A DNA stretch of 63,689 nucleotides, filler included, from Octopus bimaculoides (GCF_001194135.2; 7 parts of 5 records of this genome joined end to end with filler, not necessarily neighbours in it); one strand, 5' to 3'; counted from the first letter of the whole stretch, positions 11,661 through 26,020 are shown. Notes: generated by a model from the letters alone, not told the origin. Program-made: numbers and translations.

Positions 11661-13524
11661 GAGTTATAACGTTAAAACTTTGTGCGCATGCACAGCAGAG
11701 TTCAATGTCAATCTGTGCCAGGCGGCTTTACTCTGCGTGTTTTAGCTTCGTTACTATTCTTTTATTCTTTTACTTGTTTCAGTCATTTGACTGTAGCCAT
11801 ACTGGAACACTGTCTTTAGTTTAGAAAATCGACCCCAGGACTTATTCTTTGTAAGCCTAGTACTTATCCTATCGTTCTTCATTTGCCGAACCGCTAAGTT
11901 ACAGGGATGTAAACACACCAGAATCGGTTGTCAAGCGATATGGGAGGACAAACACACACACACAAACACACACACACACACACACATACATATGTATATA
12001 TACACATATATACGGCGGTCTTCTTTCAGTTTCGTCTACCAAATCCACTGACAAGGCTTTGGCCGACCCGAAGCTATAGTAGAAGACACTTGCTCAAGGT
12101 GCCACGCAGTGGGACTAAGCCCGGAACCACGTAGTTCGTAAGCAAGTTACTTACCACACAGCTACTCCTGCGCCTATGGCAACAATTCGGATACTTATTG
12201 ATTAGACCTCGTATATTACTTATCTAGCCTACCGGTTGACACTTGTTACCTTACCTAGACGTAACGTAGCAGTTCAACAAGGAGACCGACAGAATCAATC
12301 CGCCTAATGACGGAAAGAAGTAAAAACTAAAATATATAACCAGAGACTGCGTTGCCTAATAGCCTTCTCTTTTGTAAGATAGTAGGGTATGACTTGAGGG
12401 AAATGTGTTTGTATATCTAGGAATCTGAGCGACCAGGTAAAGATTTCCGCTTTAACTCGTGTTTTGCCCGTGGTACACCCATGTTTTTGTTTTTAATATA
12501 GACGGACACAAATTTTATGCAAAAGCCATTTTGAGTTTTCAAATTACTTTGTTTTTTGGTGTTTTTCTTTTGTCGGGTGGAGCGGTTCTGAATTAGAAAA
12601 CCTGTTCTTCACTAGGAAACTGCATTAAGACGGCGAGCTAACAGAATCATCTGCACCCCAGTAAAAACGCTTAGTGACATTTCGTCCGTCTTTACGTTTT
12701 GAATTCAAATTCCGCCGAGACTGACATTATCTATCATCCTTTCGAGGTCGATAGAATAATAAGAAAGGCGGCGAGCTGGCAGAATCGTTTGCACGCCGGA
12801 CGAAATGCTAAGCGGTATTTCGTCTGCCGCTACGTTCTGAGTTCAAATTCCGCCTAGGTCAACTTTGCCTTTCATCCTTTCGGAGTCGATAAATTAAGTA
12901 CCAGTTGCGCACTGGGGTCGATGTAATCCACTTAATCCGTTTGTCTGTCCTTGTTTGTCCCCTCTGTATGTAGCCCCTTGTGGGCAGTAAAGAAATACGA
13001 ATAATAAGATCCAGTTGATGACTGGAGTCGATGAAATCGACTTAACCAGAAATTACTGGCCTTGTGTTAATTATTATTATTATTATTAAGGCTGTAAGCT
13101 GGCAGTATCTTTAGCATGCCGGTCAAAATACTTTGCAGCATTCCGTCCGTTTCTTCATTCTGAGCTCAAATTCCGCCAAGGCCGACTTTGCATTTCGGGA
13201 CCAATAAAATAAGTACCAGTTGTGCAATCGGCCAATGTAATTGACATCACTTCTCCCGAAATTTCTGGCCTTGTGCTAAAATTAGAAACCAATTAGGAAG
13301 CTGCATTGTTTGAGGCCAGTGTCTAGGACTTGAACCGTCATAGATTAGCAATTAATTAGCGATTAATTAAATTAGTTAGATCATTAAGATTATGCAGCTG
13401 GATACGAATTCACGGTTTGTAAGCAAACGATTAGCGATTGGGATCACTGTTCTTGTTGAAGATTTTAACCTATTTTCCATTTCATCGGTTACATACATGA
13501 ATATTAGTTAGTAGGCTGACTATG

Positions 13525-14015
13525 TGCATGCATGCATGCATGTATGTATGTATGTATGTATGTATGTATGCATGTATGTATGTATGTATGTATGTCATTG
13601 TTCAGTTTTATTTCAAGATTTCCTGTCAATAGAAAAAGAACCGGTTTTTAACCTAGATTCAAGGCTTCTTCATTGAAATTTCAACATCAACAACAGGGTA
13701 TTTTTATTTCTATGTATGTATGTATGTGTGCAGATCTGTATGTTTTGCTTTGTGTATGCATTCTCATGCATATAGTTGTATATCTAGACATGCTCATATA
13801 TATTTAAATGATAAACTTCTGGAAAGTTTTACAAAATTTTACTGTCCCGGTGATGGATTGGATCTGTAGTCTTCGAATTAGCTTTCTCCTTTCTGGAGAA
13901 ACCTAATTTCTCATGATTGGTATTTAGGCAGTGTTACATATCCCAGGGCCCCAATAATTACAGGTATAAACCTGAACCTGTAACCTGGATATAGTAACTG
14001 CAGATTTCTCAATAG
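13525..14015 (-). mobile_element. 3' end of an RLE-type (R4/Dong-like) LINE embedded in (ACAT)n
   Basis: Translates IKLKIREKGNSYSELLRNLQLLYPGYRFRFIPVIIGALGYV, which fits the K..KY..L ... PVIIGALG end of a restriction-like endonuclease. A 3' UTR follows, and (TATG)n/(CATG)n flanks both sides. Confidence 0.7.
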
Positions 14016-14518
14016 TTCAGAGTAGGAGTTCCCTTTTTCACGGATCTTCAACTTTATGCTGTATGTATGTATGTATGTATGTATGTATGCATGCATGCAT
14101 GCATGTAAATGGATAGATAGATATAAGATATATGTATGTGTAGATAGATAGATGTGAAGGTGCATGGCTCAGTGGTTAGAGCGTCGAGATTATGATTGTG
14201 AGGTTGTGAGTTCGATTCCCGGACCGGGCTGCGTGTTGTGTTCTTGAGCAAGACACTTTAATTCACTTTGCTCTAGTTCACACAGCTGTAGAAATGAGTT
14301 GCGACGTCACTGGTGCCAAGCCATATCGGCCTTTGCCTTCTCTCTTGGATAACATCGGTGGTGTGGAGAAGGGAAAGCTTGTATGCGTGGGCGACTGCTG
14401 ATCTTCCATAAAATCAACCCTAGGTTGTGCGTTCGCTGGCGTGGCCACTTTCTGCCCAGACTGTACCCCGGAGGGGAACCTCTTAGGTGCACCTGTGGTC
14501 ATTCGTGACCGACGGAGT

Positions 14519-15701
14519 CGAGATAGATAGATAGATAAATAGATAGATAGATAGATAGATTTCTTTATTAGCTACACAGGGCTGAACACAGAGGGGACAA
14601 GTTACAAAGTAGAGCTTTTCTTTTTTGGAGAGAAGAAGGAAGGAAAGAAATAAGATAAAAAAAAATTAATTAATTAATTAAAAATTTAAAAAAAGTGGGG
14701 TAGATTTTCGTTCAAAAGGTGTCGTAAAAAAATGATCAATAGGGATCGTGTATCACAGAAATGTCATGATGTAAAGTATAAAGGGGGAAACAGATTAGGT
14801 TTATCCGTGGGAAGAAAAGCCTACGGAAAAGACCACGGTAACCTTGGCCAATAATGTCATGCAGAAAAACACATTACAGTAAGTGACTCTCATTTTACCT
14901 TTTTTTTCTGGTTCATAGGGTTATGCTCAAGGTGGCCCCGTCTTTCACACGTGCCATCCTTGCTACATTCACCCATCTTTTCTTGAAGCATTCAGTAGAC
15001 AGAACTTCCCTCTCTACTCTTACCTTCCTCTTCAAGTAATACTTGAAAAAGTTGATGAGAGATTCACCTAGGAGGAAAGTGTTTGTCTCTAGACCTTTCA
15101 GACGCGTCCACTATACACATTCTTTCGCCATAGCCACAAGTACGATGAAAGTGGCTCTTCCCTCCCGTTTCAAGGAAGGAGGTGCGACAATATTCGCGAT
15201 AGACTCGGCTGATAAACTGACTCGTCCCACACTCGAAAGCAGTCGTTCGACATAAACCCACAAATCGGAAATGGTTGGACACTGTACGAGTGCATGCAGA
15301 ACGGTTTCGTCGCTCTGCCCGCATCTCGGGCAGGTTGGCTCTGTGTTTCTCGAGCCATCCCTGTAGAGTTTATCCCGAACGGGTAGCGCTTCCCGATAGC
15401 ACTGCCAGGCCAGGGATCTCTGGAAGTTGTCCATAAGTCCCGGCCCGAAAGTTGTCATGAACAGGTGGTTCAAGTATTCCTCGTCGACACTCAGGTTCGC
15501 TCGATATCGTCGTCGTACCTCCCCTCCACTAATACCCTATAGAATGCTTTGGTTGTGTTGCAGTCGCTCATGGTCGACTCGGGACGGCATAGTTGCTCGA
15601 GAACAACGCGACACTCGCGGTGCCGTTTTCCCTTCCTCAGGCTCTTTTTGATCCACGACTGCAGTTCGGTCATGGAAACGAGTTGTGGGAAAGCACGCCT
15701 C
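14519..15701 (-). mobile_element. Tx1/L1-like LINE 3' portion (zf-RVT region, 3' UTR, (ATCT)n tail), cut by an N gap
   Basis: ..LAWQCYREALPVRDKL..CPRCGQSDETVLHALVQCP.. (CCHC zinc knuckle of L1/Tx1 ORF2). AATAAAGAA(ATCT)n at the 3' end. Confidence 0.85.
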
Positions 15702-16494
15702 NNNNNNNNNNNNNNNNNNNNNNNNNNNNNNNNNNNNNNNNNNNNNNNNNNNNNNNNNNNNNNNNNNNNNNNNNNNNNNNNNNNNNNNNNNNNNNNNNNN
15801 NNNNNNNNNNNNNNNNNNAGACAAAGAGAGATACGAAAAATTAAAGGAACGGTCTGGAAACAAGGTAGACTCGATGAGAGGGCGGGTAGAGTTTGACGAC
15901 CTACCACCAGTTATAGATTACGACGATTTGTTGCCATATATAAAATGGTAAAGCGTGAAGAAGCTTTTAAATTTTTCTAAAAGACTACACATACTATACT
16001 AAAAGGAAAAAAAGAAGGAAAAATTGATATAAAAACTTTGTATTAGAGCAGTTAAATGGTATTGCTTGAGAGTGGGGTTCAAGCAGCCATTACATCCTTA
16101 TTAATTATTATCCATCTCTCATTCATTCGTTTTATGTTTTTTGTCCCCACTGTGGTGTTCTGTTGGTCCTTGTGCTGTACCCCTCTGTATCATGGCCTAT
16201 GTGTCAAATAAAGAAATACAGTTAGCGAGGTACGCTGTTTGTGCCAGTCCCGCAGAGACGACGAAATACATCATCATAATGCAGGACATAACAATGGCGA
16301 CGAGGATACTTCCCATTGTATAAGGGTATCGTTATAGCAGTGGTAACGTGGGAGTGTCGAAATGGAAGACCTACGTTCAAAAACAATGAAAGAAAGTTTG
16401 AAGGATTCGAACTCTAACATAGAATTGAACTTCACACAGTGAAAAATAATATACACACAGTGAAAATTATATATTAAAAAAATCCATTTTGAAG

Positions 16495-16522
16495 AAAAAA
16501 ATATGGTTCTGTGTGGAACAAA

Positions 16523-16588
<66 letters not shown>

Positions 16589-16845
16589 GTCCGTTCGAAG
16601 GATTTAAGTCAGACCGCTATATGTAGTAGCACTACCAGTAATAATGTAGACTTGGTACTACCTGCGGCATTTTGAAAAAATATATGGTTCTGTGTGGAAC
16701 AAAAATAATCATAAGTCCGTTCGAAGGATTTAAGTCAGGTCGCTATATGTAGGATCGCTACAAGTAATAATGTAGATTTGGTACTACCTGCGGCATTTTG
16801 TCTAAAAAATATGGTTCTATGTTAAACAAAAAAAATCATTCTGGC
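16495..16845 (+). repeat. Local tandem duplication, ~128-bp unit, 2.3 copies
   Basis: Unit ATATGGTTCTGTGTGGAACAAA...GTCCGTTCGAAGGATTTAAGTCAG...GGTACTACCTGCGGCATTTTG. Copy 1 carries an (AAT)n expansion of about 60 bp. Confidence 0.9.
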
Positions 16846-18289
16846 TAGAAGAAAAAAAATGAAAAAGAATTAATGATACATTTAAAGCGAGTCATACCAG
16901 AATATTTCAAACGTAAGCAGATATCATCTGTTGAAATTGAAAACGAAACAGCTGCTAAGAAAGTTAAAATGGAGAAAGAAAACACAAGCCATTTTGTGAT
17001 TGAGGATACTAAACAAGTCTTCCTTGAAAAGACTCCAGAGGAATGGCGATGGAAGCGACTATTGAAGAATACGTTGTAGAAAATTTTGTTACAGGAAAAG
17101 GTCCTTCTACTGAAAATGTTTCATTGAGGAATCATTCCAATGCAAACAATTTAAAAGATAATGAAAGTTTGCAGGTAACGGATCCAATTTCTGCTGAGAA
17201 AATTGTAACTAAAGGAAAAGTCATAGAGATAAAAATATATATGTATATATAATAATGTTGTGTTGAAAGGGGAAAAAAATATGTATATAATTTTGTATGG
17301 ATCAAGAAAAAATCTAAATAAAAAGAAAAATAATTCTGGTTAGAAGAAAAAGAAATGGGAAAATATGTTGTGTTGAAAGAAGAAAAAATCTCAAAGGGGG
17401 AAGGTGTAGTAGCGGACACCCTCCGCCCCAACAGGTGAGAAGTGGGCTGGTTCACTACTAATAAATAGTGGACTGACACAGCCAGCGAAGTACGCTATTC
17501 AGGCCAGCCCCGCAAAGACGATGACATACGTCGTCATAATGCGGGACATTTCAGAAACTAAGGCTCAGTATTCGCTGTGAAAAACCCCACCAAGATTTCA
17601 AGAATCGAGGAAATTCAAGAAAATGCAACGATGCAGCTGTTAGCAGTCTCAAAAAGAAGTTCCAGCAATGCTTCCTTCAATGGAAACGACGCTTTAGAAG
17701 TGGACTACACCGAAAGAGACTAACTATCAAATTGATATCTCTTGTAGTTTTGTTTTTATGAAATCAGTTCCGATGCTTTTTGGTCAGACCTTGAATACTT
17801 TTTCACACAATTAAAGGAATACAATTTGCGACACAAAAAGCTTCCATGTTTTACACGGTCATTTACGTGACACTAATAAAGTTAGGCACATAATAATGGT
17901 ATTTTCCTGTAGCTAATCCTTTACTGTCTTTCTATTATTCATCATCGTGGTCTAAACTGGTGTATGTTGTGCATCTACTATTGAAACGTTCGTCAACCAG
18001 TGAGATGCAGGCGGTATATTTTGCTGTACCCTGTATATATTTCCAGGCAAATTCAATCATTTAGAGACTATCAGACGTCGTAAGCACGATACCAATGATT
18101 TAATTAATTGAACATGAAGTCTTCTAATGGAATTTGGGAAGCTGATGTATTAATGTAACTTGGGAAGCTGACGGTGTACTAATGTAACTTCTATTCCACT
18201 GTGACTGTCTGTCACAGTGGAATGGAAGTATTTACGTTGGTTAAGACGAAGTTAGATCCAATAGCTTCCAATATAACATTACTATTATT

Positions 18290-18342
<53 letters not shown>

Positions 18343-19105
18343 CATTATTATTATTATCTCTGTTGTTTTTTATGACGCTTAATGTTATATGCGTTGACTT
18401 GTCAATTAATTCTTAATCGTTTCAATATCTACCGAAGTGTGCTGCCAGAGGTAGTAAACAGAACATAGATGTTTAATGGACAAGATTTTCATTTCGAAAT
18501 GTAGAAACAGAGGCGTAGGGATAACTGTGTGGTAAGAAGCTTGCTTCCAAATCACTTGGTTCTGGGTTCAATCCTACTGCTTGAGGTCTTTGGAAAGTGC
18601 CTTCTGCTATAACCCCGGGCTGAGCAAAGCTTTGTGAGCATTTGGTAGACGGAAACTGAAAGAATCCCATTGTATGCATATGCAAAGGCACTGATAGAAT
18701 AAGTACTGGAGCTGATTTCTTCGACTAAAGCCTTCGAGGTCACAGTCTAATGACTAACACAAGTAAACGATAAAAGGTGGATATCCATGGGAAATAGGTC
18801 TAAAGTTATTGTTTGATTAAATGAGGAAGCATAAAATTTGTGAATAAAACAGTGTTGGCATAAAACAAAGATGAATTTGCGATAGCATGGACCAAAAGTT
18901 GTGGGTTTGTGTAGAATTTCGTTCAACAGTTCTGTATAGAATCGGTAACTTTTCGTAATTAACTAAAGAACTTTTTATTAGTTCCTTTTTTGTATTTGAT
19001 TTGTAAAACTTCATTGATGCGAAAACATTTGTTAAAACCGATTTTGTTATATCTTGGGAGGGTCATTTTACCTATGATAAACACGCACTGGTACGATTTT
19101 TCTTC

Positions 19106-19168
<63 letters not shown>

Positions 19169-19599
19169 CATTATTATTTCTAAACTAGTTGTCCATTTAA
19201 CAAAAGATTTAATTGATTGTTTGATTAATCGTTCACTTAATCAATCAATCAATCAATCAATCAATTAATTAATCAATCAATTAATCAATCAGTCAACCAG
19301 TTAGGTTCGTTAGAGTCACCAATCAATGACATGCTCTCTTTAGTTTAAGTCTTCTCCCGGTCTGTCTGCTTACAGATTGTATATTTATATTTACGGGGAT
19401 ACGAGTAAATGAACGAAAGAGAAAGTGTGTGTGTGTGAGAGTGTCTGTGTATGTGTATGTGTATGTGTGGGCGTGCGCGCGTGTGGGGATTGTGTGTGTG
19501 TGCGATTGTGTGTGTATGTGAGAGAGAGAACGTGTATATGTACGTTTGTAATAACAAAAGAAGTGAAATAGAACCAGTGCGTGTGTTTCTTACAGCAAA

Positions 19600-20040
19600 A
19601 AGTAAACGAATTATTTATATTAAAAAAATCACAGAGTAGTATCCCGACATAGTGCTAAGACAACACTCATAAATGGCTGCTTAAGAAAGTTCTACATTCG
19701 TAGGTCAGACAAGATCAGCAACACGGATTTCAAGCTAAAAATTTATTAACTAAAGAAAGGATAAAGAGAAGGAAGTGGTGGAGATGGATTAGGCACACGT
19801 GAGGTGAACCCGTAAGGAATGTTATAAGATAGACGCTTAGATGGAGTCCCTAATGAAAAACGGAGAAGGGGTCCACCCAGGATTATTTGACGTAGGATAT
19901 TTCATAGAAGCGGGATTTGCTTGGAATGATCTCGAGAACATGGCTCAGGACAGGAAAAGTCAAGAATCATTGTTAGGGATCTATTATTGTTTCGTATGAG
20001 ACAAGGGGTCTCAAGAAGAAAAGGAAGATGTATCAAAGAA
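19600..20040 (+). mobile_element. Degenerate RTE-clade LINE 3' end
   Basis: Fragments INGCLRK..DKISNTD, KRRKWWRWIRHT, TLRWSP..KRRRG.P and WNDLENMAQDR; frameshifted. Confidence 0.7.
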
Positions 20041-21589
20041 GATTCAAAGTACCCTGTCTCCGACGCTATTTGCCTTTTATCGTATACTTGTTTCAGTCAT
20101 TGGACTGCGGCCATAATGGGGTACCGCCTTGAAGAAGTTTCAGTCGAGCGAACTGACCCCAGTGCCTATTTTCCTTTAAAGAAGAAATTTGCAAAGGTAC
20201 CACACAGCGGGACTGAACATAGAACTATGTGGTTGGGAAGCAAACTTCTTATCACGCAGCCACGCCTATTGCAATAAGATTTGCAGAAAGCAAAGAAAGA
20301 AATGAAAAGAAACGGTTTCTTTATTGGCTGGAATCGAAATTCATTGTTTTTGCTTATCCCAGAAGAATATCTGATTTCTCTGGAATTAATGGGCTGAAAC
20401 TTCCAGAATGTCGATGGTTGTGTTTATTGGAAATAAACGACTGAAATAAATGTTTTCTACGAATTAAAATGACTTCGAATTCTTTAGAGGACACGAAAAT
20501 AGATTGATGTTTATCTAAATAAATATAGGAACGTATGATAGTGTAGGGTGATAAATCATTATACATAATCATAGGTTGAAATATCATGTAAACTATGAAA
20601 ATAAAAATGTGATACAATTTATTACCATAATTATCTGGGGACTATACACATGCTACACTTGTATAACGCTCTACTGACAGACGAAGAATATTTCTTGCCA
20701 GCCTCGTTCTCATACCGTTAATATCTAGCAAATATGCAGTGCATGTTTTTATTACCTCCTCGGGGATGGCCAAGAAGGATTTGGTGTTATAATCTTAGAA
20801 ATTGAGTCAGAAATCAATTTAAACAGTAAATATATAGTTTCTTTGAACTGCGATCATTGTTGAGAATCTTCTTACTTAAGGCTTTACTGAGAATAAGTAA
20901 GAGGGAAACAAGGGTAGCTAATACAAAAAAGAAAAATACAAAGCCATTTTAATAGCGTCCAGAAATACAATTTCATATAAAAGTCATGAAAGACAGCTAT
21001 GGTAAAGCCGAAACATAGACAAAGAAATATTGGTTTCTAATTTTGGCACATAGCCAGCAATTTCGGGGACGGGACTAAGTTGATTAGATTGATCACCAGT
21101 GCTCAACTAGTACTTTTTCTATCGACACGAAAGCATGAAAGGCAAAGTCGACCCCAGCGGCATTCGAACTCAGAACGTAAAGACAGGCGAAGAGCCGCTA
21201 AGCATTTGATCCGGTTTGCTAACTATTCGTTCGTCTTTTGACGGTTCCAGTAACACATCAGAGATTTTTTTTCATGTTAGGAGAAGTGGTCGCTGGGCCC
21301 TCGTTCGAGCCTTCTTCCTTTCTGGTGAAAAAGAAAAACGTTAGGTATGAACATCCACAAACCTTCTCACACACAACACAAGCCAATTCCGAAAGAAGGA
21401 GACGGCAAAGAAAAAGGAAAAACAGAGGTAAAGAAAGTCAGAGAGACATCGACTACAGCTGTGGTTCCCAAAGTGGGAGGTGGAAAGATCCAGGTGGAGG
21501 CGTTGAAGAAAAATGGGGTGATAATGGGGTGACCAAAAGGGGGCAATGGATGTAAAAAAAATAATAATAAAGGGTTAATTAGGTTAAGA

Positions 21590-21730
21590 TTTATTTGTGG
21601 AATACTGTTGTTTTGAATTTGCTGCAGAAAACGGTCAATGTTTGTGATGGTGAATGGAGGTGGAGTGCTAGGAAGTGACCTTAGAATCAAGGAAGTGACA
21701 GCCTGAAAATGTTTGGGAACCACTAGACTC
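21590..21730 (-). mobile_element. Possible CR1/Jockey-like LINE 3'-end relic
   Basis: ..PKHFQAV..F..TNIDRFLQQI.. resembles the P.LFNSL...FK..LDRFLQ C-terminal LINE motif; weak. Confidence 0.35.
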
Positions 21731-22533
21731 TAACTATTGCCGCCCTGCAATTGATGAAGTATTAAAACATTAAAACAAATAATATATTTCTTGAAGTTGC
21801 TATTGGTGCAAGAATCTGCAACCAGAAACCGAAGTGTGTCTCAGAATCAGTTTCCTCGAAGAGTGTCACCTGACGATTTCCGGTTAACAGGGTGGTGAAT
21901 TAGACGAGTCGTTAGAGCATCGGGTGAAAGCGCGCGGTTTAGTGACTAGGGTATTCGGCTCACGATCATAAGGTCGAGATTTCGATTCCCGGCGGTGCGT
22001 TGTGTCCCTGCGTAATACACTTTATTTCAACCTGCTCCAGTCTACTTGGCTGACAAAAATGAATGTTACCTGTAATTTAAAGGGTCTGCCTTCTCACATT
22101 CTGTGTCTCACTGAATCTCTCAGAGAGTTACGTTAAGGGTACGTGTGTCTGTGGAGTACTCAGCCACTTGCACGTTAATTTCAGGTTGATCGGATCAACG
22201 GGAACCTCCGTTGTCATAACTAACTGAATTCCGGTTTTGAGCGGTATTTGTTCCAGCGTTTTGATTTCAAATCCCGTCGACATTCCTTTTTATGACTTTG
22301 GGGTTGATAAAATAAAGTACAAGTCGCGTATTGTAGTCGATGTCACACTGGATTTCTTTTCTTCTGATTTTTTAAAAAATCTTTTTCTTTGTTTTCTCTT
22401 TCTTTCGATCTCTCTTTCAGAATTGGCAGTATTGTGCGTGAGAACGTTCGTGGAAATTCACTCATCACGTATCTTTCACCAGAAAGGAAGAAGACTCGAA
22501 CTAAGGCCCAGAAACAACTTCTCCTGACATGCA

Positions 22534-22567
<34 letters not shown>

Positions 22568-23124
22568 CTGATGTGTTACTAGAAACGTTCAAAGACGAAC
22601 CAATGTGCATACCGTACAGACCGGAAACGGAAATAACAGAGAAAGAAGAATTATTTATAGATGCACGGGAAAGTAGTAATGATAATATTTTTATTTGTCG
22701 ACCATCTGCTTATTACCACACACACATACACACACAGACAAACCACATACACACACATACAACAAACACATAGACACACACCTACACACACGCGCGTACA
22801 CATCTTGCTATATAAACAGGATCTGTATCACTTGTAATGGCGATAGACGTATTTTGGACATGTTTTCCACTGCCTTGTAACCGTATTATTGATTTTCTAA
22901 TTAAAGCCGACCGCACCGAATTCAATAGCTTGTAACAGCTAATTTGAGATCCAATATACCTTTTTTTTTTTAAGAAACTACCTATTCAATTTCGATTCTA
23001 AACAGCGGCAGCATATCACGATATTGTATAAAAATTAAATTGGCATAAGGCTTTTAAGATTGTCCAACATGAACCAAAGCTATTGAAAGAGATATTCCAA
23101 TACACAATTCATATATATATACAT

Positions 23125-23224
23125 NNNNNNNNNNNNNNNNNNNNNNNNNNNNNNNNNNNNNNNNNNNNTTAATTAATTAANNNNNNNNNNNNNNNNNNNN
23201 NNNNNNNNNNNNNNNNNNNNNNNN
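23125..23224. other. Artificial 100-bp scaffold join (44 N + TTAATTAATTAA + 44 N)
   Basis: Identical construct at 29720-29819, 47661-47760, 55715-55814, 61091-61190 and 62575-62674. Confidence 0.97.
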
Positions 23225-24089
23225 ACTGGCACAGACACTTTGTTATCTTAGACCCACCAAGGGTAGTGGTGGTGGTGGTGGTAACAGGGTAAGGGACGGG
23301 CTGGAGATCGGGTGGTAGACGGGTGGGTGGCTTCTAGACGTGCAGACCTGTTGATGTAGAAGATTAATCCACCCCCTTTCAACTCCACTCACCCCCGGAA
23401 TGACGAGCCAACTCAGAGAACTTCTTTACGAAGCATGCGGGATGCTAGAAATAACAACGACATTTCCATTGAATTGCCATATATTTCAGATGGAAGGACA
23501 CATTACGTAATGTTGTCCTGAGTGCTTTGAAAACGTTGTAAAGGTCGCTGTTGGCTTGGTTTTCTCACCGCAAGAACAAGCGAGTTTCGGGGTCCATAAT
23601 GAAGGAATAAGGTCTGCTCCTAGGGCTAAACAACAACAACAACATCAGTTAACCCAATGTGTTCTTCCTGCTCGAAATAGTAAGCAAACTGCTTGAAATT
23701 CTCCGAAGATGCAAATTGAATCAAGTGGTTCGGCCATAAGCGTTTTAAATGTTTCCGATTGAAATCTCGTTCGTCAGAGAGAGAGAAATGCTTAAAAATA
23801 GTTTTTTTTTTCTCGTTGCTGTTGTTTAGGTTCCGGTCAAATCTGGTCCAGTAGACATGTGATGAATGTCTTTCCAACTGTGACCAGCCCGTCTGTCTAC
23901 GTTATGAAAGAACTATATTATCATATCTAATGTGTGTTGTGTTGTAGAAGTCAATAGGAAATGATTTGAGCGAGATTCGGCTACTATTTCTAGCAGATCG
24001 AGCGACGACTACACAGTGGTTCCTTCGCTGGATCCACTTTAAGTGGTAGCGATGATGGAATACTAGGGTCGGGGTGCGGGTGGACTCTT

Positions 24090-24566
<477 letters not shown>

Positions 24567-24776
24567 TGCGATTAATAACACCACCTCCACCACCACGCCA
24601 CCACATTGTCATTACGGTCGTCATTGCCACTACCGTCCCCGTCGCCATCGTCATCATCGTCAGCAGCAGCAGAAGTAACAGCAGCCATAGCACCAACCTC
24701 AACCAGATGTCACCAATAATCGTATGTGAAAGATCAATGAAATACAAGTCACTAAGTCAGTGTGGTGTACATAGTG

Positions 24777-24816
<40 letters not shown>

Positions 24817-25963
24817 CACTATATATATATACATTCATACACATACATACATACACGGAGGGACATATACACATAGATATGCATTTACATATATATATAC
24901 ATATACGTATATACGTATATATATATATATATATATATATNNNNNNNNNNNNNNNNNNNNNNNNNNNNNNNNNNNNNNNNNNNNNNNNNNNNNNNNNNNN
25001 NNNNNNNNNNNNNNNNNNNNNNNNNNNNNNNNNNNNNNNNNNNNNNNNNNNNNNNNNNNNNNNNNNNNNNNNNNNNNNNNNNNNNNNNNNNNNNNNNNNN
25101 NNNNNNNNNNNNNNNNNNNNNNNNNNNNNNNNNNNNNNNNNNNNNNNNNNNNNNNNNNNNNNNNNNNNNNNNNNNNNNNNNNNNNNNNNNNNNNNNNNNN
25201 NNNNNNNNNNNNNNNNNNNNNNNNNNNNNNNNNNNNNNNNNNNNNNNNNNNNNNNNNNNNNNNNNNNNNNNNNNNNNNNNNNNNNNNNNNNNNNNNNNNN
25301 NNNNNNNNNNNNNNNNNNNNNNNNNNNNNNNNNNNNNNNNNNNNNNNNNNNNNNNNNNNNNNNNNNNNNNNNNNNNNNNNNNNNNNNNNNNNNNNNNNNN
25401 NNNNNNNNNNNNNNNNNNNNNNNNNNNNNNNNNNNNNNNNNNNNNNNNNNNNNNNNNNNNNNNNNNNNNNNNNNNNNNNNNNNNNNNNNNNNNNNNNNNN
25501 NNNNNNNNNNNNNNNNNNNNNNNNNNNNNNNNNNNNNNNNNNNNNNNNNNNNNNNNNNNNNNNNNNNNNNNNNNNNNNNNNNNNNNNNNNNNNNNNNNNN
25601 NNNNNNNNNNNNNNNNNNNNNNNNNNNNNNNNNNNNNNNNNNNNNNNNNNNNNNNNNNNNNNNNNNNNNNNNNNNNNNNNNNNNNNNNNNNNNNNNNNNN
25701 NNNNNNNNNNNNNNNNNNNNNNNNNNNNNNNNNNNNNNNNNNNNNNNNNNNNNNNNNNNNNNNNNNNNNNNNNNNNNNNNNNNNNNNNNNNNNNNNNNNN
25801 NNNNNNNNNNNNNNNNNNNNNNNNNNNNNNNNNNNNNNNNNNNNNNNNNNNNNNNNNNNNNNNNNNNNNNNNNNNNNNNNNNNNNNNNNNNNNNNNNNNN
25901 NNNNNNNNNNGCCCGCATGCATCTCTGCTATTTCTAGCAAAAATTGGCACCTTGTTGTGCCTC

Positions 25964-26020
<57 letters not shown>

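Noticed and set aside
23169-23180. TTAATTAATTAA recurring six times as a possible biological motif
   Set aside because: It is always centred in exactly 44 N + 44 N, so it is an assembler-inserted six-frame-stop linker.
23626-23877. 83-aa ORF (..KRLWPNHLIQFASSENFKQFAYYFEQEEHIG..) as an exon of a third gene
   Set aside because: No recognisable family, no convincing acceptor/donor pair and no partner exons.
24941-25910. Long ORFs spanning N runs (also at 4788, 34583, 40993, 45035 and 59113)
   Set aside because: They are open only because N codons are not stops. The ends are (CA)n or (TA)n translations.
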